A stretch of 64,000 nucleotides of DNA from Gammaproteobacteria bacterium (GCA_963422205.2 CAXMWX010000005.1:32001-96000), one strand, 5' to 3'. Counted from the first letter of the stretch, positions 18,890 through 28,920 are shown. Program-made: numbers and translations. Notes: a model not told the origin generated them from the sequence alone.

Positions 18890-20905
18890 CTATGTGCTGA
18901 TCTCGGCCGCTGCGCTGGGGGTATTGGCCGATTCGTTTTCTGCTAACCAAAATTCAAGCAGGCCAGGCAAATCGATGATCATCGCCACGGTACCATCCCC
19001 CAGGATAGTCGCCCCGGCCAGGCTTTCAATCTGACGAAAATTCGTACGCAGGCTTTTAATCACAACCTGCTGCTGGCCTAATATGTCATCCACCAGCAGG
19101 CCGATGCGCCGCCCGGCATCCATGATGACCAGCAAGCCGTCGTCCAGTGCGGTATTGGCACCTTGAACACCGAAGACCTCATGCAGGCGAATGACCGGGA
19201 TATACCCATCCCGGTAGCGATATACCTCATATTTGCCCGCCACAGCGCTCACCAGGCTACTGTCAATCTGGGTGGATTCGATGATCGATAACAGCGAGAT
19301 GACAAAAATATCCTCACCCACCCGGATCAGCTGACCATCCATGATGGCCAGCGTCAGCGGCAAATATAGGCTGAACGTGGTGCCGATGCCTTTTTGCGAT
19401 GCCACTTTGACATTACCGCCCAGCTCCACGATGTTGCTTCTGACCACATCGGCGCCCACACCCCGCCCGGATACGCCACTGATCTCGTTCGCCGTGGAGA
19501 AGCCGGGCAGGAAGATCAGGTTGTGAATCTGGCTTTCCGTCAACTCATCGCTGACGTTAATCAGGTCTTTCTCAATCGCCTTTCTCCGGATCGCCTCCGG
19601 GTCAATACCGGCCCCATCATCACGGATCTGTACCACGATATTGCCGCCCTCATGATAGGACTCCAGCGCAATCACGCCGACCTTCTCCTTCCCCGCCGCT
19701 TCACGTTCAGCCGGGGTTTCAATGCCATGATCCAGCGCATTGCGAATCAAATGCACCAGCGGGTCGCCGATCTTCTCCAGTACGGTCTTGTCAATTTCGG
19801 TGGCGTTGCCCGACAGTTTGAGCTCGACCTGTTTGCCCAGCGAGCGGCTCAAATCATGCACCAGCCTCGGCAGGCGCTGAAAGACAAAGTCAATCGGCAA
19901 CATCCTGATGTTTAAGGTTTGCTCCTGCAAATCACGGGTATTACGCTCCAGCTGTTCCACGCTTTGCTTGAGTTTTTCCCGATCAACAGGGCGGCGATTC
20001 GTACTGGCAAACCGGCTCAGCATGGAGACCGTGATCACCAACTCACCCACCAGATTGACCAGATTATCGACTTTCTCCGTGTTCACCCGGATAGAGTTGC
20101 TTTCCTGGCCGGGGAGCTGTCCGCCCGAAGCCGCACTGGTCGGGAGCTGCATATCATCCGCCCGGCGGCCACCGGTACGACCCCCGGCACGACGATCAGC
20201 ATGCTGCCTGCGCTCGCCGCCCAGCTCGATATGCAGCTCACAATCCTCATCCACCCATTCAAACATCTCTTCGATATCGCCCCTCGCAACATCGGCAGAG
20301 AACTGGATATGCCAGCTAAGGTAACACAACTCCGGGTCCATGCCTTGCAGCGGCGGCAGCCGGTCAAGCTGTCCGCTGATCTGCATCTCGCCCAACTCGG
20401 CCAACTCACGAAACAAACGATAGGGATCGTTGCCCGTTTTTAGAAAATAATCATGGGGATGGAAATAAATATGCCAGCTGGGGGTTGGCTGTTGTGTGGC
20501 CTCGCTTTGGGTGGCTGCTGGCAGTGCAATCAGCTTCTGCCTGATCCCGGCCACCTTGTCTTTGTCAATGTCCTGGCCGGATTTCGACTGGGCAATCATG
20601 TAGCGAAGGCAATCCACAGACTCCAGCACGGCATCCACCATCAGCCGGGTCAGCGCCCGCTTTTGCTCCCGCACCTCATCAAAACAGGTCTCAACCACGT
20701 GGGTAAAATCGGCGATGTCGCTGAAACCAAAGGTGCCGGCACCGCCTTTGATCGAATGTGCCGCACGAAACACCGTATTGATCACCTCCGGTTCGGGACG
20801 GGCAATGTCGAGACTCAGCAGATTGGCCTCCATCACTTCCAGGTTTTCTATGCTCTCCTCAAAGAAAATGTCATGGAACTGCGACATATTCAGGTCTAGC
20901 GCCAT
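18890..20905 (-). CDS. cheA: Chemotaxis histidine kinase CheA
   Basis: FRAAHSIKGGAGTFG, SIRV..EKVD.LVNLVGELVI, HLIRNALDHGIE, SGRGVG, LPLTLAI, GATILGDG. Confidence 0.96.
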   Translation of the reverse strand: MALDLNMSQFHDIFFEESIENLEVMEANLLSLDIARPEPEVINTVFRAAHSIKGGAGTFGFSDIADFTHVVETCFDEVREQKRALTRLMVDAVLESVDCLRYMIAQSKSGQDIDKDKVAGIRQKLIALPAATQSEATQQPTPSWHIYFHPHDYFLKTGNDPYRLFRELAELGEMQISGQLDRLPPLQGMDPELCYLSWHIQFSADVARGDIEEMFEWVDEDCELHIELGGERRQHADRRAGGRTGGRRADDMQLPTSAASGGQLPGQESNSIRVNTEKVDNLVNLVGELVITVSMLSRFASTNRRPVDREKLKQSVEQLERNTRDLQEQTLNIRMLPIDFVFQRLPRLVHDLSRSLGKQVELKLSGNATEIDKTVLEKIGDPLVHLIRNALDHGIETPAEREAAGKEKVGVIALESYHEGGNIVVQIRDDGAGIDPEAIRRKAIEKDLINVSDELTESQIHNLIFLPGFSTANEISGVSGRGVGADVVRSNIVELGGNVKVASQKGIGTTFSLYLPLTLAIMDGQLIRVGEDIFVISLLSIIESTQIDSSLVSAVAGKYEVYRYRDGYIPVIRLHEVFGVQGANTALDDGLLVIMDAGRRIGLLVDDILGQQQVVIKSLRTNFRQIESLAGATILGDGTVAMIIDLPGLLEFWLAENESANTPSAAAEIST

Positions 20906-20967
20906 GGCCTTAAATCCCCCGATTCCGCCGCATGCGTTATACCATCAACCGTGGCTGCCTGCTGACA

Positions 20968-21345
20968 TCACAAAACCCGTCGTATGGTCTTGAGCAAGGT
21001 ATCCGGATCGAAGGGTTTGACAATCCAGCCAGTCGCACCGGCCGCCTTACCCTGCTGCTTCTTGTCATCGGCAGATTCTGTGGTCAGAGTCAAGATAGGC
21101 GTGAACCGGTAGTTCGACAGCTGTCTGAGCTCTTTGATAAGCGTGATCCCGTCCATATTCGGCATGTTGATGTCTGTCACCACCAGGGCAACATCATTGT
21201 CCTGGGCAAATGCCAGGGCATCCACCCCATCCATACTTTCATGCACCTCATAATGGGCGGCTTTCAAGGTGAAACTGACCATCTCTCTCATGGAAGCCGA
21301 ATCATCGACCAGCAGGATCCGTGTCGGTTTGGGTGTCTCTGTCAT
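20968..21345 (-). CDS. cheY: CheY-like response regulator
   Basis: ILLVDDS...TDINMPNMDG...LTTES...GWIVKPF; first gene of the che operon. Confidence 0.9.
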   Translation of the reverse strand: MTETPKPTRILLVDDSASMREMVSFTLKAAHYEVHESMDGVDALAFAQDNDVALVVTDINMPNMDGITLIKELRQLSNYRFTPILTLTTESADDKKQQGKAAGATGWIVKPFDPDTLLKTIRRVL

Positions 21346-21708
21346 TATTAATTTTTTATCTGAAAGGTTTCTTAACTTTAATCAATAACCTGGCTTTCGT
21401 CCACAGTAAAACGGCGGCATAAAATCACTGCCTGAAGTTGGTAAATGACTCAAAATATTGCCTTTAAGCCATGAAATACTAAAGTATTATCGACAAGCAT
21501 GTTGCCGCAGTATTACAATAACATCATAAGGTATGGTCGCAGATAACCCTGTGGGTAGTGATGAGCTGTCTGGCACAGCCCGTTATTGACAGTACAATAA
21601 ACGCAATAAATGCTATATTTTACAGATATTTATACGAATCCCAAAGAATGCAGTGCGCCCGCATCAGCGGCTTTGCGTTTCTTAACGGTAAATTAGAGAA
21701 GTCAATCA

Positions 21709-22086
21709 ATGCCAAAGACCGTGTTAGTGGTGGATGATTCGAAATCAGTCCGTGCTGTGATAGGCGCCACATTAAAAATGGCCGGCTATAATCTGATATT
21801 AGCCGAAGATGGCCTGCAAGCGATGGATTTGCTGTCCTCACCAGAGACCCCCCCGATCGATCTGATCATTACCGATGTCAACATGCCCAACATGGATGGC
21901 CTGACCTTAATCAAGGAGGTGAAAAAACTGGCCGGGTACTTCAAAACCCCGATTTGTGTGCTCACCACCGAAACCGAGCAAAGCAAACTGCAACAGGATA
22001 TTGGTCATCTGAACGATGCCTGGATCACCAAGCCGGTGCAACCTGCCCATGTGTTAAACGTGGTCGGCGAGTTGTTGTCGAGCTGA
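21709..22086 (+). CDS. Second CheY-like response regulator, divergently transcribed
   Basis: VLVVDDS...TDVNMPNMDG...LTTE...WITKP. Confidence 0.88.
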   Translation: MPKTVLVVDDSKSVRAVIGATLKMAGYNLILAEDGLQAMDLLSSPETPPIDLIITDVNMPNMDGLTLIKEVKKLAGYFKTPICVLTTETEQSKLQQDIGHLNDAWITKPVQPAHVLNVVGELLSS

Positions 22087-22135
22087 ACTGCTACGACAAG
22101 CCTGGCTGTAACATCCACCGAGCCGACATAGAAAA

Positions 22136-24106
22136 ATGGCAGCAGCAGAACAGCAAGCATCTGAGGTGAATTGCCAATCCATACTGGCTATAGATGATGA
22201 TCCTGACTTCATCACCCTGCTGAAAATTATCTTTCAGAAGCTCACCCCGGGCGCCAGATTCTACAGCTATGATCCAGAGAAAAAAGGACGGCCGGACAGC
22301 AATTTCAACTGGTCGAAATATGATCTGATCCTGCTCGATTATGACCTGGGCGATGGCGAGAAAGGGTTGGACTGGCTGCGGCGTTACAAAACCTCGGAAG
22401 AATTCCCCACCACCGTCATGCTGACCGCCCAGGGGGATGAGGAAATTGCCGTCCAGGCGATGCGTTTTGGGCTGGAAGATTACATCAACAAACAGAAGCT
22501 CTCGTTTGACCGGCTCTCCCAGGCGGTCAAAAACGCCATGGCGAGAAAACAAAAGCAAAAAAAGCTCGCCAATACGTTAAGCATGCAGGCCAGCCTGTTT
22601 GACAAGGCCAGCTTTTATAAAAAGCTGCGTGATGAGCTGAAGACCCTTGATGAGGATCAGGACAAGCATGCGTTTATTTTGCAGATCAGCATTGATGATT
22701 ATGACGGGCTGTATGAAAAACACGGCATCCTCGCCATAGACAACCTGTGTTCCAATATGGCCGGCAAGATTGCCAAGGCCCTCACCAGCAGCAAATTTGT
22801 CGTCAATATCACCCGTCTGGATGATTCTCTCATTGGCTGCCTCATCACCGAACATGCGGATGAGAATGGGGGGGAGAGAATTGGTCGGGCGATTTGCAAG
22901 CTGATAGATAACTACGCCTACACCATAAAAGATGCGAAGCTGACTTCAACGGTCAGCATCGGCATCATGAATATCAGCCGCTCGACAGCGAAACCGGATA
23001 CCCTGCTCAATCAGGTGAACAAAGCCTGTCAGAAGGCGGGCAAGAAGGCGGGAAACAGCATCGTGCTGATCAGGCAGGCCGGGAAGAAGGCCGAGACAGC
23101 ACAAGCCGCCGTCAAAACAGATCACGCTGCTGCCAGAACAAATATTGTGATACTGGATTTGGATGAGGGCGTATCCGCACAGGCGCTGGATACCGCACAG
23201 AAAAGTACGCCCCAGGAACAGCCGGCCGGGCAGGCAGCCGATAAACCGGCAAGCAAACGCAGGCCAGCGGCTAAAAAAACTGCCCGTAAAGAGACAACGA
23301 CAGCAAAGCCGCCGGCACCGGATGAGGCGGATGAGGCGATGGCAGCAGAAGCGCCAAAATATGATCTCCATGCCGCCGTTGGGCAGAATCGCATACAAAC
23401 CTACTACCAGCCATTTGTCGCCCTGTCAGAAAGTGCCAATATGTTTGATGCGGAATTTTTTCAATTAACGATCAATATTGTCGATCCTGACGGTGCACTC
23501 ATCAGCCAGCAAGCCATGATGGAGAGAGAGATTGAACCCGGTGGATTAGTCCTGCTTGATCGCTGGATGATCAGGCACGGTCTCGGCCAGTTAATGCTGA
23601 ATAAAAAAGAAAATGAGCAGGAATGCGGCCTGTTTATGCGGCTCTCGGCGGACTCCTTTACCAACAATGATTTGTTTGACTGGATGGTGAAGCTGATTGT
23701 CAGAACCAAAACCTCCAGCATCACGTCCAAGATGGTGTTTGAAATCAGCCCGCCTGAATTTCTGTCCAATAAAAAAATCATGCAGGACTTTATCAACAAG
23801 ATGCGCGATACCTGGGGCATTGCGTTTTCATTATATGATGTCGTCAATCCGGCGGTGCTGGAGACCTGCGTTAAGCAAGCGGGTTTTGAATTTGCAAAAG
23901 TCAACTTAAACAAGGCATCGGTGGATGATATCAGGCCGGTGGTGGAATCGGCCCGCAGACTCGGCACCTTGACCGTGATTGAAAACATCCAGGATGCCGA
24001 ACAATTAAACCAGTCGGTGGTCATCGGTTGCGACTATGCCCATGGCGATTTTATCCAGCCACGACAAGATGCCCTCATCTCCTCTAACGATGCCATAGAG
24101 CTTTAA
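22136..24106 (+). CDS. REC-GGDEF-EAL protein with both enzymatic motifs degenerate
   Basis: REC (AIDDD, LLDYDLG); GGDEF position reads RLDDSLIG, followed by STVSIG; EAL region YYQP...FQLT...LDRW...FEIS...GCDYAHGDFI lacks EAL and DDFGTG. Confidence 0.82.
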   Translation: MAAAEQQASEVNCQSILAIDDDPDFITLLKIIFQKLTPGARFYSYDPEKKGRPDSNFNWSKYDLILLDYDLGDGEKGLDWLRRYKTSEEFPTTVMLTAQGDEEIAVQAMRFGLEDYINKQKLSFDRLSQAVKNAMARKQKQKKLANTLSMQASLFDKASFYKKLRDELKTLDEDQDKHAFILQISIDDYDGLYEKHGILAIDNLCSNMAGKIAKALTSSKFVVNITRLDDSLIGCLITEHADENGGERIGRAICKLIDNYAYTIKDAKLTSTVSIGIMNISRSTAKPDTLLNQVNKACQKAGKKAGNSIVLIRQAGKKAETAQAAVKTDHAAARTNIVILDLDEGVSAQALDTAQKSTPQEQPAGQAADKPASKRRPAAKKTARKETTTAKPPAPDEADEAMAAEAPKYDLHAAVGQNRIQTYYQPFVALSESANMFDAEFFQLTINIVDPDGALISQQAMMEREIEPGGLVLLDRWMIRHGLGQLMLNKKENEQECGLFMRLSADSFTNNDLFDWMVKLIVRTKTSSITSKMVFEISPPEFLSNKKIMQDFINKMRDTWGIAFSLYDVVNPAVLETCVKQAGFEFAKVNLNKASVDDIRPVVESARRLGTLTVIENIQDAEQLNQSVVIGCDYAHGDFIQPRQDALISSNDAIEL

Positions 24107-24174
24107 CAAACCGCACGGCAGCGGCTGGTTCAGCAGCAGAGCTAACCCCTGTCTGGTATATATTTTTAATCAGC

Positions 24175-25341
24175 ATGAATAAAATCCGCGTGCTTGCCAT
24201 CTGTCTGCTGGCAACCTTAATCATGTCCGGCCTGGTGACCACCATCGGTTTATTAACCGCCTCGGCGGCGGCCTATTATGGGGTTGAGGTAACGCAGATC
24301 GCCGCCCGGTTTTCCTGGTTCATCGGTGGCGTTTTTGCCGGTTATATCGGCTCGTTTTTCGTGTTTGATCATTTCCGAATGAAGACGATCATTATCAGTT
24401 GCTACGCGCTCACTGCGCTTGCCATTTTAAGTATACATTACGTTAAGCTGTATGCCCTGCTGCCTTGCCTGCTGCTGCTGATCGGCATCACTGCAAGCAT
24501 CTGTGCCTGTGCCGGCAGCACCTTAATCACACGGCTATGTCAGGGAAAACAAAGGCAGTCTGTGCTGGTTGCACAGGATGCGATGTTCAATGGTGGCGGG
24601 GTCGTGTTTGCTTACACCGCCACAATGTTTATCAGCGCAGAATATAAATGGAGTGCCAGCTATATGGTGGTGGCCGGAATATGTCTGTTCGTTTTATTGC
24701 TGGCATTATGCTCATCGTTCAGCATGCGAGCTGACAATCAACCGACCGCAGATCAACCCGAAGAAAAAACGGAATGGAATGCCAGCTTCATCGGCATGGG
24801 ATTAAGTTTAGCGCTTTTTTTGCTGGCAAAAATAGCCATCTTTGTCTGGCTACCACAATTTGTAGAACAGAAATTTGCCGTCAGTAACGCCAGCGCCGGG
24901 CAATTAATGTCCAACATTTTTATCTCGGCCTTTGTCGGCTCATTGCTGGGCACTTATCTCGTCTCCCAAATCAACGTCAAGTATCTGCTCTACAGCCTGG
25001 TCATACTCGCTGCAATCAGCATCTCGCTAATCAGCAACGCTGATAATTTCACGATTGTTTACGCATCAGGTTTTGCCTTTGGTCTATCCATATCAGCGAC
25101 CTACAACTCGTATGTCGCCTTCGCCCTGACCTTCATACAGTACCCGAATCACAGACATATCGCTTACCTGTTTCTGGCCGGGGGCTTGGGTTCAGCACTG
25201 GCCCCGGTGTTGAGCAGTCAGTTTGTTGAGATGACCGGCAAGGTGGATGGGGCAATGTATCTATGCGTTGCCGTGTTTGTGATCTGCTTTATTACCTTGA
25301 TCTTCAGCAATGCAGCAGGCAAGAGACAAATAGCCGCCTGA
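24175..25341 (+). CDS. MFS transporter, TsgA-like
   Basis: About 12 hydrophobic segments; N-terminus MNKIRVLAICLLA..IMSGLVT.IG resembles TsgA. Confidence 0.78.
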   Translation: MNKIRVLAICLLATLIMSGLVTTIGLLTASAAAYYGVEVTQIAARFSWFIGGVFAGYIGSFFVFDHFRMKTIIISCYALTALAILSIHYVKLYALLPCLLLLIGITASICACAGSTLITRLCQGKQRQSVLVAQDAMFNGGGVVFAYTATMFISAEYKWSASYMVVAGICLFVLLLALCSSFSMRADNQPTADQPEEKTEWNASFIGMGLSLALFLLAKIAIFVWLPQFVEQKFAVSNASAGQLMSNIFISAFVGSLLGTYLVSQINVKYLLYSLVILAAISISLISNADNFTIVYASGFAFGLSISATYNSYVAFALTFIQYPNHRHIAYLFLAGGLGSALAPVLSSQFVEMTGKVDGAMYLCVAVFVICFITLIFSNAAGKRQIAA

Positions 25342-25475
25342 CTTATAAGATCGTGAGCAGGCGATAACATGGATACCGATCTCTGGGGACGCCGATCTCT
25401 TTACAACAGATCAAAAGCCGGGAGGCAGCATAAGGCCTGCCATCATCACGGCTTATCTGCGTTGATCAGCACATG

Positions 25476-26476
25476 TTACTTCAGCGGTATGTACAGTGCG
25501 GTGATAACATCATTGGTGGATGCCACCTGATTGGGATCATTTTCATACACTTCCAATGCGGCCTGCGATGAATCTACTTTGTATTTTCGTATGTGTATAT
25601 GGCTGTAGGCCACATGCCAGGCCAGTTCGAGAAACTCATAACTGCCCTGCAATACGACTTTTAGAAAACGTCCGGCGGCGGCCTCCTTAAATACATACTC
25701 ACCGGCCGGGATATCCGCCTCTGTCGGCACGGCCAGGTCACACTGAAACCGATCCGCTTTCAAATTCACCTTGTGATAGATGCTCATGGGATAGCCGCTG
25801 ATGCTGGCATCACGGCTCGCCAGGTAGGCCATTAATTCAGGGAAGCCCGCCCGCATGGCAGATACCATATCTCGGTCATGCTGCCGACAAATTCCTGACA
25901 AAGACAGCGTTGTGCTGCCAGCCGGGTCTCACCGCCAAAGGTTATCTGCGGATGTTCTGCTGTCGGGTCTATAACGCCGCCCAGCCGGGCGAGACCAAAG
26001 GCGTAATCCTTGCTTATCATGGCGATCACCCTCCTCGTCATGAAGCGAAGAAAAAACGGCATCTTCCCGCTGATGCTCCAGCTGATCCTGGTTTGACCAT
26101 CCTGTGCCTCGATCGCAAACACCACATCACCAGCCAACCTGAAAGGACGCATAAATTCGATCCGCTGTTGTATACGATGAGGACGTTCCAGGCGGACATG
26201 GCTGATTCGGCCCGCGCCCAGATAGTTGCCATCCCAGCTATAGTGACCGCCCTCCTCATCGCAGTTATCACTGTAGTTCAGCAGCGTACCCGGCTCATGC
26301 AGCAGCCACGGGCTCCAGTCCGACCAGCTCTTGAAATCACGGAGCTTGTCAAACGCCGTGTTGATATCAGTATTGATGCGCCGGGATTGCGTGACGCTGT
26401 AGCTGCCATCCAGCATCGACAGCCAGATAAGCACAGCCGCTATAACGGCCAATATCACAAGGCTAACAGTCAACAT
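25476..26476 (-). pseudogene. SRPBCC + GyrI-like effector-binding protein split by a frameshift near 25872
   Basis: ORF 25832..26476 has TM + SRPBCC (DFKSWSDWSPW); ORF 25476..25901 has GyrI-like GSYEFLELAW...LEVYENDP...LYIPLK; the junction ACC GA GAT ATG is one base short. Confidence 0.75.
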
Positions 26477-26560
26477 AAAACAACACCTCTTAACTCTTCA
26501 TGTTCAATCGGTTCAGCACAACGCCATGCGGTGTCTTCGCTCACCGGCCATGGCATACGA

Positions 26561-27751
26561 TTATATCAGCATCGCCCGAAGCCGGGCAAAATCCTGATGG
26601 CGACTGGCAATATCATCACGCACCGCGGCCAGGCGCAAATCACGCAGCCTCTCCAGCGAGTTCAGCAATACCGGTAATGGCGGGCCGCTAGCCGTGATAT
26701 GTATCAAGCCCTGTTCAGGCAATTCCTCGGCCATCCGGGTGATGAATTTATCCACCAGTTGATCATGATGCTGGGCGGCTGTTTTACCATAGGTATCACA
26801 CACGGCTAAAAAGGCACGCAGATTTTTTTGATACCAGCTTCGCTGTGTCTCCTGCTTCGGCACCTCCAGAAACAGATTCAAAAAACTTTTGCGCCGCATC
26901 GTATCTTTCAGCAGCGCTTGTTCCTCCGGCAGCATAAAGAGAAATTTATCAATGAGAATCTGCGAATAAGAAGAGTTATCTGCACTGCATACGCCCAATA
27001 GCAGATCGATAATATTGATACCGGCAAAATCACCTGCATTTGCCCCCCGGTAGACGTTCGGACCAACCCGGTACGGCTTGTAGTAAGGACGCACACAATA
27101 AAAAAAACGGCGAGGATCAAGCTCAGTAAACAACACCGTGTTAAACCGGATCACATCCTCCAGTGCGTGTCTGGCATCATGAAATAAATGATACGCCAGG
27201 GGATGCGATATGCCCAAGGGCAACACCCGGCGCAGCACATCGGCCGCCCGCTGATAGGCAAACACCCCCAGGGTATTGTAATCCAGAAAGAGCCGCTCAT
27301 CCGGCAAGGAGGTAAACGTGCGATATTCACCGGCAACCGCCGGATTATGCGTTGAAAGATGGCTGGTCGCAAAACGTGGCGAGACTCCCAAGGTGGTGGC
27401 CAGATGCAAGGCCAGGGCGGACGCCTCTACCAGGGGCGAGGTCGTCTCATGCGCCGGATCGGTGATCTCATGCCGACGGCAGGCCGCCATAAACAAGCCA
27501 ACACAGCCCAGCAGATTATACGCGTTTTCAGCGCCCTCATCGGTGTTGCCCTCATGCAGCAGGGCGGTGATCAGCCGGTTCCCCTCAGCAACTAATTGCT
27601 GTTTAATGTCATCGCCCTTCTCTGCCACCACGAACCGTTGCTCACTGGCAAAGTACAGCGCCTCCAACTCCGTATTGATATGCCGGAAGCGACCACGTAT
27701 CCAGGCATCAAAAGCCGCCACATTTTTTGTCGTACTCACAGCATAACCCAC
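26561..27751 (-). CDS. PrnB-family (DUF1864) heme-dependent tryptophan dioxygenase-like protein
   Basis: FDAWIR.RF..INTELE, RRHE, RPYYKPYRVG, GANAGDFAGIN, HITASGPPL. Confidence 0.8.
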   Translation of the reverse strand: MGYAVSTTKNVAAFDAWIRGRFRHINTELEALYFASEQRFVVAEKGDDIKQQLVAEGNRLITALLHEGNTDEGAENAYNLLGCVGLFMAACRRHEITDPAHETTSPLVEASALALHLATTLGVSPRFATSHLSTHNPAVAGEYRTFTSLPDERLFLDYNTLGVFAYQRAADVLRRVLPLGISHPLAYHLFHDARHALEDVIRFNTVLFTELDPRRFFYCVRPYYKPYRVGPNVYRGANAGDFAGINIIDLLLGVCSADNSSYSQILIDKFLFMLPEEQALLKDTMRRKSFLNLFLEVPKQETQRSWYQKNLRAFLAVCDTYGKTAAQHHDQLVDKFITRMAEELPEQGLIHITASGPPLPVLLNSLERLRDLRLAAVRDDIASRHQDFARLRAMLI

Positions 27752-27888
27752 AGCATGAACGTGTGTCGCTCTCCCCTGGTATCAGCGATCACAGTATGAC
27801 AGAAACGTAAAATCGACGAGGAATTATTTGCTATCCCGCTGCTTTATGCACATAATGAACAGGTTATTATCACATAAGGTTTACCATT

Positions 27889-28761
27889 ATGAAGTTTATC
27901 ACTATGAAATACATCGGCATCATCTTGTTCCCTGCTCTGTTGATGTTCTGCTCGATCAGCAGCGCACAGGCGGCTGAACATACCGCCGACATGGACAAGG
28001 TGTTAGCGGCACAATCGGATAAAACAAAATCCCGCTATGACGACAGAAACCCGAAAGAAACCCTGACATTCTTCGGCATCAAGCCGGGCATGACCGTGGT
28101 GGAAGTGTTACCCGGCGGCGGCTGGTACAGCAAAATCCTCATCCCTTACCTTGGTCCTGAGGGCAGGTTGATAGGTGCTGATTACGCCTACGACATGCTG
28201 CCCAAATTCGGCTTCTACAGCGCCGAAGCACTGGATAAGAGAAAAATCTGGGCCAGCACCTGGCCGGCTGAAGCCAGAACCTGGTACGGTAAGGAGGGTG
28301 CCACAGTCGCCGCTTTTGTGCTGGGCTCCCTGCCAGCTGACATGAAAGGTCAGGCTGATGTGGTGTTGTTCATTCGTGCCTTGCATAACCTGAACCGGTT
28401 TGAGCCCGATGGGGCTTACCTAACAACCGCATTAAAAGAAGCCTATGCGGCCCTCAAGCCCGGCGGTATCCTGGGCGTGGTGCAACATGAGGCCAGAGAA
28501 GACATGCCGGACGACTGGGCACAAGGCAGCAAGGGCTACCTGAAAAAAAGCCAGGTTATAGATAAAGTGACAAAGGCCGGTTTTGAATTGGTTGGTGAAA
28601 GCGAGATCAACCAGAACCCTGAGGATCAACCGACGACAGATGACAAAGTATGGCGGTTGCCGCCGGCCTATGCTACCAGTCGTGAGGATGCCGCACTGCG
28701 TGAGCAGTTTGCCGCTATCGGTGAATCCAACCGCATGACCTTAAAGTTTCGTAAGCCGTAA
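27889..28761 (+). CDS. Exported class I SAM-dependent methyltransferase (COG4798-like)
   Basis: Signal peptide; RNPKETLTFFGIKPGMTVVEVLPGGGWY...LKPGGILGVVQH...IGESNRMTLKFRKP. Confidence 0.85.
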   Translation: MKFITMKYIGIILFPALLMFCSISSAQAAEHTADMDKVLAAQSDKTKSRYDDRNPKETLTFFGIKPGMTVVEVLPGGGWYSKILIPYLGPEGRLIGADYAYDMLPKFGFYSAEALDKRKIWASTWPAEARTWYGKEGATVAAFVLGSLPADMKGQADVVLFIRALHNLNRFEPDGAYLTTALKEAYAALKPGGILGVVQHEAREDMPDDWAQGSKGYLKKSQVIDKVTKAGFELVGESEINQNPEDQPTTDDKVWRLPPAYATSREDAALREQFAAIGESNRMTLKFRKP

Positions 28762-28840
28762 AAATAAGGATATCCCGCACACGGCTGATCTGCCCGATGA
28801 CGCGCTGCCAGTGATGTTGCTGGATTGGGCAGTATACTCA

Positions 28841-28915
28841 GTCATACGCACAGGATGACAAGGAAGTCATTGCGTGGATGGATATACAGATGGATGCAGG
28901 ATTATTGGCCGTCAA
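28841..28915 (+). ncRNA. Candidate Csr/Rsm-type GGA-rich small RNA in the 5' leader of tRNA-Arg
   Basis: Six GGA motifs in about 50 nt (CAGGATG, AAGGA, GTGGA, ATGGA, ATGGA, CAGGA); hairpin ATGAC-AAGGAA-GTCAT inside an ACGCA/TGCGT stem; TATACT at 28833-28838. Confidence 0.45.
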
Positions 28916-28920
28916 TTCAA

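Noticed and set aside
21346-21708. Sigma-28 promoters in the divergent cheY region
   Set aside because: GTCGATAA and GCAGATAA -10-like words occur but without a properly spaced TAAA -35
26561-27751. Pyrrolnitrin biosynthesis cluster
   Set aside because: No flavin halogenases (prnA/prnC) or Rieske oxygenase (prnD) nearby
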